Assembly: GCA_031279495.1 (NCBI GenBank)
Contig: JAITIJ010000074.1
Coordinates: 1 to 42,506, forward strand
Reading direction: 5' to 3'
Source: Holosporales bacterium
GTDB taxonomy: Bacteria > Pseudomonadota > Alphaproteobacteria > UBA3830 > JAIRMZ01
Length of the DNA: 42,506 bases
In this document: positions 18,027-28,388 of the stretch, piece by piece
Position numbering within the stretch: position 1 is the stretch's first letter
Layout of the letters: every line of letters starts with the position of its first letter
Program-made: the position numbers and the translations under genes
The notes under the pieces: model-generated
What the model was told of the DNA's origin: nothing
The model's database searches: none
The model's input: the letters and a program-made list of their open reading frames with translations, nothing else

Positions 18027-19787
18027 TTATGCCCCTTGAAAGGCTTGACTAGTGTATAAATGTGCGTACATTCCTCGACGAGTCAGCAAGTCTTCGTGTT
18101 TACCTCGCTCTACGAGAGTTCCTCTGTCAAGTACGAAGATTTCGTCCGCATCCAAGATGGTAGAGAGGCGATGGGCAATCATCAAAGTTGTGCGACCTTT
18201 CGTCAGGTAATTAATAGCCTGCTGAACTTTCTGCTCTGAAGCACCATCCAACGCGCTGGTTGCCTCATCTAGCAGTAAAATCGGTGCATTTTTGAGCATC
18301 GCACGTGCGATAGACAGACGCTGACGTTGACCGCCAGAAAGTGTCACTCCATTTTCGCCAATGGGTGTGTCGTATCCTTGGGGGAGTTCCTGAATAAACT
18401 CATGTGCTGCAGAAGCTTTAGCTGCTTTCTGGATGGTTTCAAAGGAAGCTTGCGGAGATCCATAAGCGATATTTGCGCGCACGGTATCATCAAACAGAGA
18501 GATATCCTGACTTACAAGGCTTAAAGCTCGGCGCAAAGAAGCTTGCGTTACATGCGCAATATCTTGTCCATCGATCAAAATGCGTCCATGCGCTGGATCA
18601 TAAAAACGGAGCAATAAAGACAATAGCGTACTTTTTCCCGCACCGCTTGCTCCAACAAGAGCCACCTTTCTCCCTGGCTCAACGACAAATGAGACGTCCG
18701 AGAGTGCCTCAGTCCCTTCTCTGTAAGAAAACCGAACGGATTCAAAAATTACCCGACCTTTGGAGGTTACCAAGTCTTTTGCTCCAACGCGATCAATTAC
18801 GCGTGGACGTGTTGCTAAGATGGCGTAAAGGCGCTGTGCTGCGGCTAACCCCTCTTGCATTGTAGCGTTCAGATTGAGCAGACTTTTAAGAGGTCTGTAA
18901 GAGGCCACTAACGCGCCAAGAAAGGAAAACAAAGCTCCTGTGGTTCTTACGTTCTGAATCACAAGCCATCCTCCGATAGAAATAATAAGACATGTCGCCA
19001 TTCCGCCTGCAAGTTCCATGAGAGGATGCACAATAGAACGCATGCGCGCAGAACGCGTTGTCAAATTATAAACCCGTTGGGTAATGCACGCCGCACGCTT
19101 TGTTTCGATGTCTTCCATACTGTATGCTTTGATGATGCGTATACCCTGAAAGCACTGCGATAGGAAGCTCGCCCATCGGCCCATTTCACTCTGCGTTTGA
19201 CCTGCAATTTTGCGCACATGGCGACCAATTATGCGCCCTGGCCATAAAGTCATGGGTAGGACAATAAGCGTAACACACGCAAGCTCGGGATCTGTATAGA
19301 ACGCTACCCCAACAAGACCGATGACCGTTATAGCGTCTTTACTGATCCGAACAAAAGCAGATGTTACCATGTCTTGAAGCCGGCTAACATCACTTGTCAA
19401 ACGAGAAATGAGTTCGCCTGTGGAAATGCCGTTAAAAAATTGAATATCCGTGCAGATGATATGCTGGAAACAACGTACTTGGAGATCTGTTAAGACACGT
19501 TGCCCAAAGCAAGCCAACAAAACAGACTCTGCATAATCGCACAGACCCTTAAGCATAAAAATGCAGAAAAAAGCGAAAGAGATGGGCAAAAGCTGCGCAG
19601 CGTTCTTGCTAATCAAAATATCATCAACCATCGGCTGAATTAATTTTGTTGAAGTTACAAGACATCCAGAAGAAACGATCATGCACAATCCTGCACACGC
19701 CAGTACCTTCCAACGCGCATAGAAATACTCGCGTACAAGAGCTTTTAAAACATCGGTATATTTCGGATCAAACAAAATCGTGGCCAT
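18027..19787 (-). CDS. msbA: ABC transporter permease/ATPase, MsbA-like lipid A exporter
   Basis: A six-TM N-terminal half precedes Walker A GASGAGKST, the signature LSGGQRQR and Walker B ILLLDEATSALD. It is linked to waaA. Confidence 0.85.
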   Translation of the reverse strand: MATILFDPKYTDVLKALVREYFYARWKVLACAGLCMIVSSGCLVTSTKLIQPMVDDILISKNAAQLLPISFAFFCIFMLKGLCDYAESVLLACFGQRVLTDLQVRCFQHIICTDIQFFNGISTGELISRLTSDVSRLQDMVTSAFVRISKDAITVIGLVGVAFYTDPELACVTLIVLPMTLWPGRIIGRHVRKIAGQTQSEMGRWASFLSQCFQGIRIIKAYSMEDIETKRAACITQRVYNLTTRSARMRSIVHPLMELAGGMATCLIISIGGWLVIQNVRTTGALFSFLGALVASYRPLKSLLNLNATMQEGLAAAQRLYAILATRPRVIDRVGAKDLVTSKGRVIFESVRFSYREGTEALSDVSFVVEPGRKVALVGASGAGKSTLLSLLLRFYDPAHGRILIDGQDIAHVTQASLRRALSLVSQDISLFDDTVRANIAYGSPQASFETIQKAAKASAAHEFIQELPQGYDTPIGENGVTLSGGQRQRLSIARAMLKNAPILLLDEATSALDGASEQKVQQAINYLTKGRTTLMIAHRLSTILDADEIFVLDRGTLVERGKHEDLLTRRGMYAHLYTSQAFQGA

Positions 19788-20207
19788 TGGTAATTGCCCA
19801 TCAAATTACCTCAAGGTACGTTGGAACACGCTTAAGCGCAACCCGATTTCAAACCATTGTACAGTCCTTGGGTTTGCAGTATTTGCTGTAATCTCTACAT
19901 ACAATGAGTGATGTATTATGGCTATTTTTTGCTGCATTTTTTTTTGTTCAATCTTTGAAATTGCTCCCATTTAGCTAACGAGGTTATTGTGAGTGTGTTC
20001 AAGTAATCCAACGTAGATTCGGCACAGTTGATCAAAAAGGCGAAGGAGCACACCGTGACAGAAATCTTCAATACTACACAATGAAAACGAAAGCAAAAGA
20101 ATGCATTTTCTTTCATTCTGTTTATTGAAAATAATCTACCTATGGTGCTAATTAATTTAGCTCAATAGTCGATATACATTCATTTTTGTTCCCACATTCA
20201 TCAGCAT

Positions 20208-20852
20208 TTACTGTGCACTGTGCCAATCTTTGAGGAATTGCTCTAACCCTTTGTCGGTTAGTGGATGTGTGCAGAGAGCTCGAAAAACAGTTGGTGAAAG
20301 GGTGACGATATCGGCTCCGGCATAGGCCGCTTCTAGGACATGTTTTGGATTGCGCACAGAAGCAGCTAAAATTTGCGTCTCTATCGTGGGGTCATTGTCG
20401 TAAACATCGCGAATGGATTCGAGAAATGCCTGGCCATCTTGGCCGCAGTCATCTATTCGTCCCATAAACGGAGACACATACATTGCGCCCGCTCGACCTG
20501 CCAACAAAGCCTGCAGTGGGGAAAAGCACAGTGTTGCGTTTACAGGAATCCCTTCTTGATGCAGTCGATGACACGCTTTCAATCCCTCAAATGTCATCGG
20601 CAGCTTGATCACAACGTTGGAGGCAATGTGCGCTAAGTCATGCGCCTCTTTCAGCATCTCTTCGCACTCGGTTGCGATAACCTCTGCGCTTACAGGACCA
20701 GAAACCAGAGCACAAATGTCGCGAACGACCTCATGCTGAGGTCGTCTTGACTGCGCAATCAATGTCGGATTTGTTGTCACACCTTCGATGAGGCCCGTTT
20801 CTAAAAGTGCCGTAATGGCGTCTATATCCACAGTATCCAAAAAAAACTTCAT
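20208..20852 (-). CDS. tal: Short-type transaldolase / fructose-6-phosphate aldolase family
   Basis: The translation shows MKFFLDTVDIDAI, EGVTTNPTLIA and VIKLP (Schiff-base Lys context). At 214 aa it matches the short transaldolase class. Confidence 0.9.
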   Translation of the reverse strand: MKFFLDTVDIDAITALLETGLIEGVTTNPTLIAQSRRPQHEVVRDICALVSGPVSAEVIATECEEMLKEAHDLAHIASNVVIKLPMTFEGLKACHRLHQEGIPVNATLCFSPLQALLAGRAGAMYVSPFMGRIDDCGQDGQAFLESIRDVYDNDPTIETQILAASVRNPKHVLEAAYAGADIVTLSPTVFRALCTHPLTDKGLEQFLKDWHSAQ

Positions 20853-20938
20853 GACAGCGGTCCTAATAGTGCAGCGTTAATATACAGCGAAGCTTTGCTA
20901 CTCAAAAGCATTCTTTTCCATGATACATTCAGACTATT

Positions 20939-22921
20939 ATGAAATCTTTTGCCTCGGTTGCCGTCGTTGCACCCGTTAATCAACGCTATACATACATCTC
21001 TTCAACAGAGATAACAGTGGGGCAAATTGTGCGCGTGCCTTTTGGAAGACGGTCGATCTTGGGCGTCGTATGGGATTTTGTTGAAGCGCTTCCATCAAAC
21101 GTTTCCTGTATAAAAAGTATTGAAGAAATCTGCGCACCTTATTTTTTGCAAGAACCCATGCGCCGCTTCATCGACTGGATGGCGCACTACACAATGATTC
21201 CTTTGGGATCTCTCTTGAGGATGTGTCTTAGTGTACCTACTGCGTTCGACCCTCCATCCAAAAAGCGCAGAGAGCTTGTTCTATCCTGGCCAGAAGCGCT
21301 CTCGTCTTTCTCTCTTTCCTCGGCTCAACAAAAAAGTGCAGAAGCGCTTGTCTCTGCTATCTACGCCAAAGTATTCCACCCATTTTTCCTTGATGGAGTC
21401 ACTGGATCAGGAAAAACAGAAGTATATCTGCATGCGGCGCAAGAAGCTGTAAATAATGGGAGACAAGTGCTAGTGCTGCTTCCAGAAATTGCCCTTACAG
21501 AAACCGTGATGACACGTTGTCAGCAGCATCTTGGATATTCTCCTATTTTATGGCATTCAGCACAGACATCTGCCCAAAAACGTGAGATTTGGAAGAATGT
21601 AGCTCTTGGACGCGCCGCAATCGTTGTTGGGGCGAGATCGGCGCTGTTTCTGCCTTTTCCGAGATTAGGGCTTATCGTTGTTGATGAAGAACACGATACT
21701 TCTTACAAGCAAGAAGAGGGTGGTTTTTACAATGCTCGCGATATGGCGATCGTACGCGCCAAATGCGAAACCGTTCCTGTAGTCCTTTCCTCAGCAACCC
21801 CTTCTTTGGAAACATTTCTCAATGCCCAAAAAGGGCGCTATACGACGCTGCGTCTGCAGCATCGGTATCAAGAGGCCAAGTTGCCATCAATAACGCTCAT
21901 TGACCTTAGAAAAGAGAAGAAAGAGCCTCTATCTTATCATTCGCAAACGTGTCTTTCGGCAACGCTGATTCAACGCATGCGGGAAACGTTGCAGAACAAA
22001 GAGCAAGTGCTGCTTTATGTCAATAGACGCGGATATGCACCGATTACTTTGTGCCGAGCGTGTGGAGAGAAAATCCCATGCCCCAATTGTGCGACTTATT
22101 TAGTGGATCACAAGCGCCGCAGTATTTTGCTATGTCATTACTGTGGATACACAATAACAAGACCGCACACTTGTCCAAAATGCGCCTCGGAAGAGTTGAT
22201 ATCTTGGGGGATTGGCGCAGAGCATGTACTTGAGGAAGTAGAGCAACGTTTTCCTGAGGTATCAGCAGCGTTGGCATCTTCTGATGCTCTTAATTCTCCT
22301 CAGAAAATGCGGCAGTTTATTCAAGATGTTCAAGAGGATGCGATACAAGTCGTTGTGGGCACCAGGATCCTTGCGAAAGGACATCATTTCCCAAAGATAA
22401 CATGTGTTGGGGTGGTAGATGCGGATTTTGCGCCTGCTGCAGAAGACATCCGTGCATACGAATACGCGTTTCAGCTGTTACAACAAGTTGCTGGTCGCGC
22501 AGGACGGGCAGACAGGCCAGGACGAGTATACATGCAGACGTATAATCCTGATCAACCCATATTTCAGGTTCTTAATGACAGAGATACGTTTTTGCATGAG
22601 GAAGCGCGTCTTAGGAAAGCGGCGAAAATGCCGCCCTTCACACATTTGGTAGCGCTAATTTTATCTGGTCTTAATGCAGCAATGATAGAGCATGTTGTTG
22701 CAGATTTTGTCCGAAAAGCGCCACAAGACAATACTGTGGACATCTTAGGTCCCATACCAGCGCCTTTAGCGTACCTAAAGGGCAGGTATCGCTGGCGGAT
22801 TCTTGTTCGTGCTACTCGTCATGCTTCTCTTATAGCGTTCCTAGAAAAGTGGTGTAGCTGCGCGCCGCTACCCAGAACATGCCGTTTAGAGATCGATGTA
22901 GATCCAATGAGTTTTTTATAA
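20939..22921 (+). CDS. priA: Primosomal protein N' (replication restart helicase PriA)
   Basis: Walker A is GVTGSGKTEVY and the DEAH-like motif is VVDEEHD. The Cys-rich Zn-binding insert is CRACGEKIPCPNCATYLVDHK...CHYCGY...CPKC. The protein is 660 aa. Confidence 0.95.
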   Translation: MKSFASVAVVAPVNQRYTYISSTEITVGQIVRVPFGRRSILGVVWDFVEALPSNVSCIKSIEEICAPYFLQEPMRRFIDWMAHYTMIPLGSLLRMCLSVPTAFDPPSKKRRELVLSWPEALSSFSLSSAQQKSAEALVSAIYAKVFHPFFLDGVTGSGKTEVYLHAAQEAVNNGRQVLVLLPEIALTETVMTRCQQHLGYSPILWHSAQTSAQKREIWKNVALGRAAIVVGARSALFLPFPRLGLIVVDEEHDTSYKQEEGGFYNARDMAIVRAKCETVPVVLSSATPSLETFLNAQKGRYTTLRLQHRYQEAKLPSITLIDLRKEKKEPLSYHSQTCLSATLIQRMRETLQNKEQVLLYVNRRGYAPITLCRACGEKIPCPNCATYLVDHKRRSILLCHYCGYTITRPHTCPKCASEELISWGIGAEHVLEEVEQRFPEVSAALASSDALNSPQKMRQFIQDVQEDAIQVVVGTRILAKGHHFPKITCVGVVDADFAPAAEDIRAYEYAFQLLQQVAGRAGRADRPGRVYMQTYNPDQPIFQVLNDRDTFLHEEARLRKAAKMPPFTHLVALILSGLNAAMIEHVVADFVRKAPQDNTVDILGPIPAPLAYLKGRYRWRILVRATRHASLIAFLEKWCSCAPLPRTCRLEIDVDPMSFL

Positions 22922-22924
22922 AAC

Positions 22925-24112
22925 TTAAGACTCTAAGAAGAAATTCTGCAAGAAGATTTCGTACACTTGTGTTAAGCGTTCGCAATCAGCAACGGGAATG
23001 CGCTCGTTTTTATGATGAATCGTGTTGCACACCATTCCAAATTCGATTGCAGGACAATGCGAAGAGATAAACCGTCCGTCTGTTGTTCCCCCGCCTGTCG
23101 AATACTGTGGCGTTATGTTCAGAACGGATTTAATCGCTTTCTCCAATGCCTGCGTCATATGCTCATCCTGACATAGAAAAGACTCTCCATTAGCGCAAAA
23201 CTCGATAATCAAATCCGGCGACATTTCTGTGGCCCACGTTTGCATCTGACGTATGATATCGTTTGATGTGTGCTGAAGGTGAAAGCGGATGTTTGCACGT
23301 GCTTCTGCGCGCGATGGAATAATGTTGCTGACAGGATTGCCGACATCGATAGAGGTGACCTCTAGATGCGATGCTGCAAAATCACCTGGGTCTTGTTCCC
23401 ACACATGCTGTGTTATTTTATCAAGATAGCGCAGCAAAAGAGGAATAGGGTTGCGCGCTCGTTCAGGAGAGGCAGCGTGCCCTTGTAGCCCATGCGCGGT
23501 GATATGCAAATCAAGGGAGCCGCGATGTCCAAGAGCGATGTTGTCTCCAAGTAGCCTGTAACTTGAAGGTTCTCCCACTAAACATGAGGTAAAAGGTCCA
23601 TATCGCGGAATAGCCCACGACAAAAGGGCTTGAGCACCATCTGGTGTGCCGACTTCTTCGTCTCCTGTTAAAAGAACGACGATTTTCCCGGAAAAATGCG
23701 GATATTTCTGCAAAAAACGGGCACTTGCAACGACAAAAGCAGCTATACCACCCTTCATATCAGCAACGCCTCGGCCAATTAGGAACCCATCTTCTTCTCT
23801 TGGAGAGAAAGCATCCCACGGCTCTGTTCCTTCAGGGACAACATCTGTGTGTCCTAAGAACACAAGCGTTTTCTCTCCGGAACCACAGGCAGCACATAAA
23901 TTCCACGGCCCATCGGGATTCGTTGGCTCTAAAAGAGTGGTAACAAATCCGATTCCTTGAAAAATATCCTTAAGAAAAGCAAGACATCCTTCATCTTTCG
24001 GTGTGATGCTTGGAAAAGCAACAAGTGCGCGCGTTAATTCTAGCGGAGATAGGGCAGATAATGGTAAAAGCCTCATAGGAGAAATGATCACACAATTTGG
24101 CGTTTTTCGCAA
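22925..24112 (-). CDS. dapE: Succinyl-diaminopimelate desuccinylase
   Basis: The translation shows FLGHTDVVPEG, GRGVADMKGGIAAFV, GDEE and GGTTDGRF. These are M20 peptidase / DapE motifs. The track start is TTG 24112. An alternative ATG at 24076 (MRLLPLSALSPLELTRALV) is equally plausible. Confidence 0.88.
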   Translation of the reverse strand: MRKTPNCVIISPMRLLPLSALSPLELTRALVAFPSITPKDEGCLAFLKDIFQGIGFVTTLLEPTNPDGPWNLCAACGSGEKTLVFLGHTDVVPEGTEPWDAFSPREEDGFLIGRGVADMKGGIAAFVVASARFLQKYPHFSGKIVVLLTGDEEVGTPDGAQALLSWAIPRYGPFTSCLVGEPSSYRLLGDNIALGHRGSLDLHITAHGLQGHAASPERARNPIPLLLRYLDKITQHVWEQDPGDFAASHLEVTSIDVGNPVSNIIPSRAEARANIRFHLQHTSNDIIRQMQTWATEMSPDLIIEFCANGESFLCQDEHMTQALEKAIKSVLNITPQYSTGGGTTDGRFISSHCPAIEFGMVCNTIHHKNERIPVADCERLTQVYEIFLQNFFLES

Positions 24113-24127
24113 GAGCGAAAGATCAAG

Positions 24128-26185
24128 TTATGAGACGATTTCTTCAAACGCGCAAACGTGATCGTAGAATGCCTTGATGTACATCAATAAAGCGCACCTG
24201 TTGCGCCGAATCTGCTTCTCTTCACAATGAACAAGGATCTCTTCGAAAAATGTATTAATGGGCGTGCGTAACGCCGCGAGAAGAGTAAGACGTTTTTGGA
24301 AATCTTCATGTGTTTCTTCAAGGACGGACGCTGCCTTATTAGCAGCTTGGACAGCCTGATATAAAGACACCTCCGCTTTTTCTATAAGAAGGTCTTGAAC
24401 GATAGGAATGGTTGAATCTCCATCAGAAGCAGTGGATAAGATATTGGACAAACGGCGGTAGCCTTGCAGCAAATCGTTTCCTGCAGGTGTTTGCAAGAAT
24501 TGGTTCAATAGTTGGGCACGCCCAGTGATACGTCCTATATCCACAGTATCTTGCTTGAGTAATGCGGCAACGACACCAGAAGAGATTCCGCTCTCCTTTA
24601 GCTGTATCTTGAGGCGTTCTTTGAAAAAGCTGAGAACGGCGTCTGCAATTTCGAACGAAAGAAGCGTTGTTTGCCTATATCCCTCGAAAAGAGAAACAAG
24701 ATCCAACAATAGACGATGTGCTAGTACAAGGCGAATAACTCCAAGGGCAGCACGTCTAAGAGCAAAAGGATCTTTGGATCCTGAGGGTCGCTCATTGATA
24801 CCGAAAAAGCTCCAGATAGTCTCTAGTTTATCTGCGAGCGCAAGCAATATGCCAAGAGGTGTTGTTGGCACCGCATCATCAGGTCCTTGCGGCCGATAAT
24901 GCTCTTTTATTGCAGTTGCCACCACTGAGGGCTCTCCTTGTAAAGCGGCATAGTATCCACCCATGATGCCCTGTAATTCTGGGAATTCTTTTACTGCTTC
25001 TGTACGTAGATCAGCCTTGCAAAGGTAGATGGCACGTGTCAGAAGAGGCATGCTTACCTCCTTAAAAAGTGGCATGTCTTGCAAAGTTGTATAAAGTAAG
25101 GTACTCCACGTCTGCAGACGCGGTAAGCGCTCTGCTATGGTTCCTAAACGGCGGTGAAAGATCTGCAGAGCAAGTTCTTCCGTACGTTTGTCGAGAGGAA
25201 CTTTCTTGTCAGTTTCAAAAAAGAATCGCGCATCCGCCAAACGTGCTCTAAGAACCGCTTCGTTTCCCGCTATGATTGTTTTGCCTTTATCTTGCGTCTG
25301 CGTACCGGCTATACAAACGAAAAAAGGAGCTAATGTACCATCTCTGTATCGTGTCGAGAAATATCGTTGATGAACTTTCATAGGGGTGATAATTAATTCC
25401 TCTGGCAAATCCATGTAAGGTTTATCTACCCTTCCCGAAAGGGCAACAGGCCACTCTGTGAGGCCCAAGACCTCTTCAAAAAGGGCGTTATCTTGGACAA
25501 TCTCAATGGAGTGATGCGCTTCGATCTCACGTAACTGCGTCTGAAGGGCATCTGCACGTTTCTGGCGATCAAGAAAGACGTAACGTTGGATGAGAGCGTC
25601 TATATAATGGGAAAAATTTGTCACAGGGAATCGTTCGGGAGCAAGAAAACGATGCCCGACAGTTGAATTCGTTGCTTGCAATCCTTGAAAAGAAAAGTCC
25701 AAGACCTCTCTATCAAACAAACACATAATGTTGCGTATGGGGCGCACCCATGAAAAAGAAGATATTCCCCAGCGCATTGTTTTCGGCCAAGAAAAGCTAC
25801 ACAGAATATTAGACAAAAGCGTTGGCAAGAGCGTACGCGTTGCGCGTGCCGGATGCGTGATAATGGCAAAGATATAAGCTCCTTTGAGGGTGTCACGCGT
25901 TTCTATAACAGCGTTCGCAGGAAGGCTGTTCAGAAAGCCATCATGCACATTTTGAGGGGCCTCTTTCTTGGGACCACGACGTTCCTCAGTATAGGCGGGC
26001 ACTTCTGATGCGAAATTGCCATGTGCGACAAGGCGTCGTGGAGTAGTGTACGTGCATAAGTGGTCAACAGAAAGGCCTATAGCGGCACTTGCCTTCTGCA
26101 GTTTTTCCAGCAACGTCTGCGCAGCCCATACCTGAAAGCGTGCGGGGATCTCTTCAGTTAAGATTTCAAGAAGTAATTCTGCCAT
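24128..26185 (-). CDS. glyS: Glycine--tRNA ligase beta subunit
   Basis: The N-terminus MAELLLEILTEEIPARF is characteristic. The protein is 685 aa and lies immediately downstream of glyQ. Confidence 0.95.
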   Translation of the reverse strand: MAELLLEILTEEIPARFQVWAAQTLLEKLQKASAAIGLSVDHLCTYTTPRRLVAHGNFASEVPAYTEERRGPKKEAPQNVHDGFLNSLPANAVIETRDTLKGAYIFAIITHPARATRTLLPTLLSNILCSFSWPKTMRWGISSFSWVRPIRNIMCLFDREVLDFSFQGLQATNSTVGHRFLAPERFPVTNFSHYIDALIQRYVFLDRQKRADALQTQLREIEAHHSIEIVQDNALFEEVLGLTEWPVALSGRVDKPYMDLPEELIITPMKVHQRYFSTRYRDGTLAPFFVCIAGTQTQDKGKTIIAGNEAVLRARLADARFFFETDKKVPLDKRTEELALQIFHRRLGTIAERLPRLQTWSTLLYTTLQDMPLFKEVSMPLLTRAIYLCKADLRTEAVKEFPELQGIMGGYYAALQGEPSVVATAIKEHYRPQGPDDAVPTTPLGILLALADKLETIWSFFGINERPSGSKDPFALRRAALGVIRLVLAHRLLLDLVSLFEGYRQTTLLSFEIADAVLSFFKERLKIQLKESGISSGVVAALLKQDTVDIGRITGRAQLLNQFLQTPAGNDLLQGYRRLSNILSTASDGDSTIPIVQDLLIEKAEVSLYQAVQAANKAASVLEETHEDFQKRLTLLAALRTPINTFFEEILVHCEEKQIRRNRCALLMYIKAFYDHVCAFEEIVS

Positions 26186-26194
26186 AGAGAACGC

Positions 26195-27076
26195 CTATTC
26201 TTTTTCTGTTACTGTTGCGGGCTGGTTACCCAACCATATTTTGAAACATTGTTTTGCCAAGGCGCGAACACGAGAAATCAGATCAGCACGCTCTAAAGCG
26301 CTAATTGCGCTACGGGCATCGAGTAAATTGAATAAATGACTTGCTTTAATGCATTGATCGTAAGCTGGAAAAACAAGATTTTGTTCCAATAAATCAGTAC
26401 AGGCTTTTTCTGTATCCATAAAGTGCGTGTTAAGTGTTTCTACATTTGCGTATTCGAAATTGTACGCTGAAAACTCACGCTCGTAGTGTTTATAGATATC
26501 TCCGTAGGTGATTTTTCCAATTTCGTCGACGCCATTCCAATTAATCTTGTAAATATCGTCAACCTTCTGAATAAAAAGAGCGATGCGTTCTAGCCCATAT
26601 GTCAATTCCACTGTGACAGGAGCACATTCGAACCCTCCAATTTGTTGGAAATAAGTAAACTGCGATATCTCCATCCCGTCACACCATACTTCCCATCCAA
26701 GACCTGAAGCGCCCAATGTGGGACTCTCCCAATCGTCTTCAACGAAACGGATGTCATGTTCCTGGTAGTCAATGCCAATCTCTTTAAGGCTGTTAAGGTA
26801 TAACTCTTGCACATCATCGGGAGACGGTTTCAGTATTACCTGATATTGGTGCAAACGTTGAACGCGATTAGGGCTTTCAGCGTAACGCCCATCAGCAGGA
26901 CGGCGAGAAGGCTGGATATAGGCGACGCGCCAAGGATGGGGTCCAAGAGCCCGAAACGGCGTCTCTGGATGAAACGTTCCTGCCCCCATCTCTAAATCAT
27001 AAGGAGGAACAATGGCACATCCAAGCCGGCCCCAATATGCATGCAAATGCAAAACGATATCCTGAAACCCCAGCAT
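26195..27076 (-). CDS. glyQ: Glycine--tRNA ligase alpha subunit
   Basis: The translation shows [34 protein letters not shown] and [30 protein letters not shown]. This is a highly conserved GlyQ sequence of 293 aa. Confidence 0.97.
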   Translation of the reverse strand: MLGFQDIVLHLHAYWGRLGCAIVPPYDLEMGAGTFHPETPFRALGPHPWRVAYIQPSRRPADGRYAESPNRVQRLHQYQVILKPSPDDVQELYLNSLKEIGIDYQEHDIRFVEDDWESPTLGASGLGWEVWCDGMEISQFTYFQQIGGFECAPVTVELTYGLERIALFIQKVDDIYKINWNGVDEIGKITYGDIYKHYEREFSAYNFEYANVETLNTHFMDTEKACTDLLEQNLVFPAYDQCIKASHLFNLLDARSAISALERADLISRVRALAKQCFKIWLGNQPATVTEKE

Positions 27077-27251
27077 CCAGACCTCTCTTGCCGAACTTTG
27101 TTCAATCTATCGTATAGCGTAGATGAGAGAAACCGCTTTCAAAACACGTTGCGAACACGATGGGGTCCCAAAGGATAAGGCGATCGCCCTCCGGTGACGC
27201 TCATAATGAAGCGTGTTAAAATGCCGATGTTTTTAAGGAGAGAGCATCGCT

Positions 27252-28388
27252 GTGTCTTGGAACAGAAAGATTCTAGTTGGATTTTTCGTGCTCTCTAGTG
27301 TGGTTGCATGGAAGGTGCGGGCAGAGATTCCTCGAGTACAGTGCGCAGATACAGCAAACGGGGCGCAGTGCGTGGTGATGTTTTCTAAGCCGATTGCTTC
27401 TTCTATCCAAGTACAATCGCAAAAAAACACTTTGTCTTTGACAGTTCATCAAGAGAATCCAGAGGATCCTCCGTTAGCGTTCTTCCGACCGGTGAAAATT
27501 TGCTCTGTTTTACAGGGCTACGAAATTCATCGCAGACCGGAAACAATATTATTACGCTTTAACACAACCGTACCCTTGCGTGTTACCAATCTGTCTTTAA
27601 CACCTTACGAAGGAAAGTTTTTACTGCGCTTTGCCCTTGTTCCTGCTACAACACCAACGCCTGTGTCGCAACCATTATGCGCAGCGGCTGCGCTTTCTAC
27701 GTCAAAGAAGCCACTGCATTTGATAGCTATAGATCCAGGTCATGGCGGTATTGATCCAGGAGCACGTGGCGTTAATGGCGAAAAAGAAAAGAACATTACA
27801 CTGGAAATGGCGAGAATTCTTCAAGAGATGCTTCAGAAAAAAGGATACAAGGTTGTTTTGACACGTGCAAAAGACATTACATTGCGCCGTATTGATAGGC
27901 TGAAGAAAATAGAATCTGCCAAAGCAGATTTGTTTATTTCTGTGCATGCAGATCACAATCCTGAAAAATCCATGCATGGGGCATCTATTTACACACTTGC
28001 TCCTGAAGCCTCAGATCCAGAATCAGCGCGGCTTGCACAGAGAGAAAATGTAGCGGATCAGCATATCGATGGGATGGAAGTATCTTCTCCGGAAGTAGCA
28101 CATATCTTAGACGACCTTTCAAAACGTGTGGTTCTTCAGCAAGCGAAGCAGTTTGCGCGTCTTCTCGAAAGAACATTGGATGAAGAGGATCGTTTACCAT
28201 TCAAGCCGCGTAGATCCGCAGATTTTCTTATCCTTTTGTCTGCCACTGTGCCGTCTGTACTGATTGAGCTTGGCTATCTTTCCAACGCAGATGACTGTAA
28301 GCGCCTGACTTCAAAAGTTTTTTTACATAAAATTGCAGGTAAGATAGTTAAAGCGATTGAGCAGTATTTTGTAGAAGCTTCTTTATGA
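27252..28388 (+). CDS. amiC: N-acetylmuramoyl-L-alanine amidase (Amidase_3 with an N-terminal AMIN-like domain)
   Basis: It has a signal peptide, then IAIDPGHGGIDPGARG, ADLFISVHAD and SVLIELGYLSN. AAGGAGAG lies 9 nt upstream of the GTG start. Confidence 0.88.
   Translation: MSWNRKILVGFFVLSSVVAWKVRAEIPRVQCADTANGAQCVVMFSKPIASSIQVQSQKNTLSLTVHQENPEDPPLAFFRPVKICSVLQGYEIHRRPETILLRFNTTVPLRVTNLSLTPYEGKFLLRFALVPATTPTPVSQPLCAAAALSTSKKPLHLIAIDPGHGGIDPGARGVNGEKEKNITLEMARILQEMLQKKGYKVVLTRAKDITLRRIDRLKKIESAKADLFISVHADHNPEKSMHGASIYTLAPEASDPESARLAQRENVADQHIDGMEVSSPEVAHILDDLSKRVVLQQAKQFARLLERTLDEEDRLPFKPRRSADFLILLSATVPSVLIELGYLSNADDCKRLTSKVFLHKIAGKIVKAIEQYFVEASL

Noticed and set aside
19788-20207. The 420-bp spacer upstream of msbA, including ORF 19922..20116 (64 aa), and an AATGCATT palindrome
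   Set aside because: The ORF product is Cys/Phe/Lys-rich, and there is no SD or family resemblance. The region most simply holds the tal terminator and the msbA-operon promoter. I could not define convincing elements there.
27179-27188. GGCGATCGCC palindrome (HIP1-like) upstream of glyQ
   Set aside because: I saw only this single copy in the window, so there is no evidence for an iterated palindrome family.
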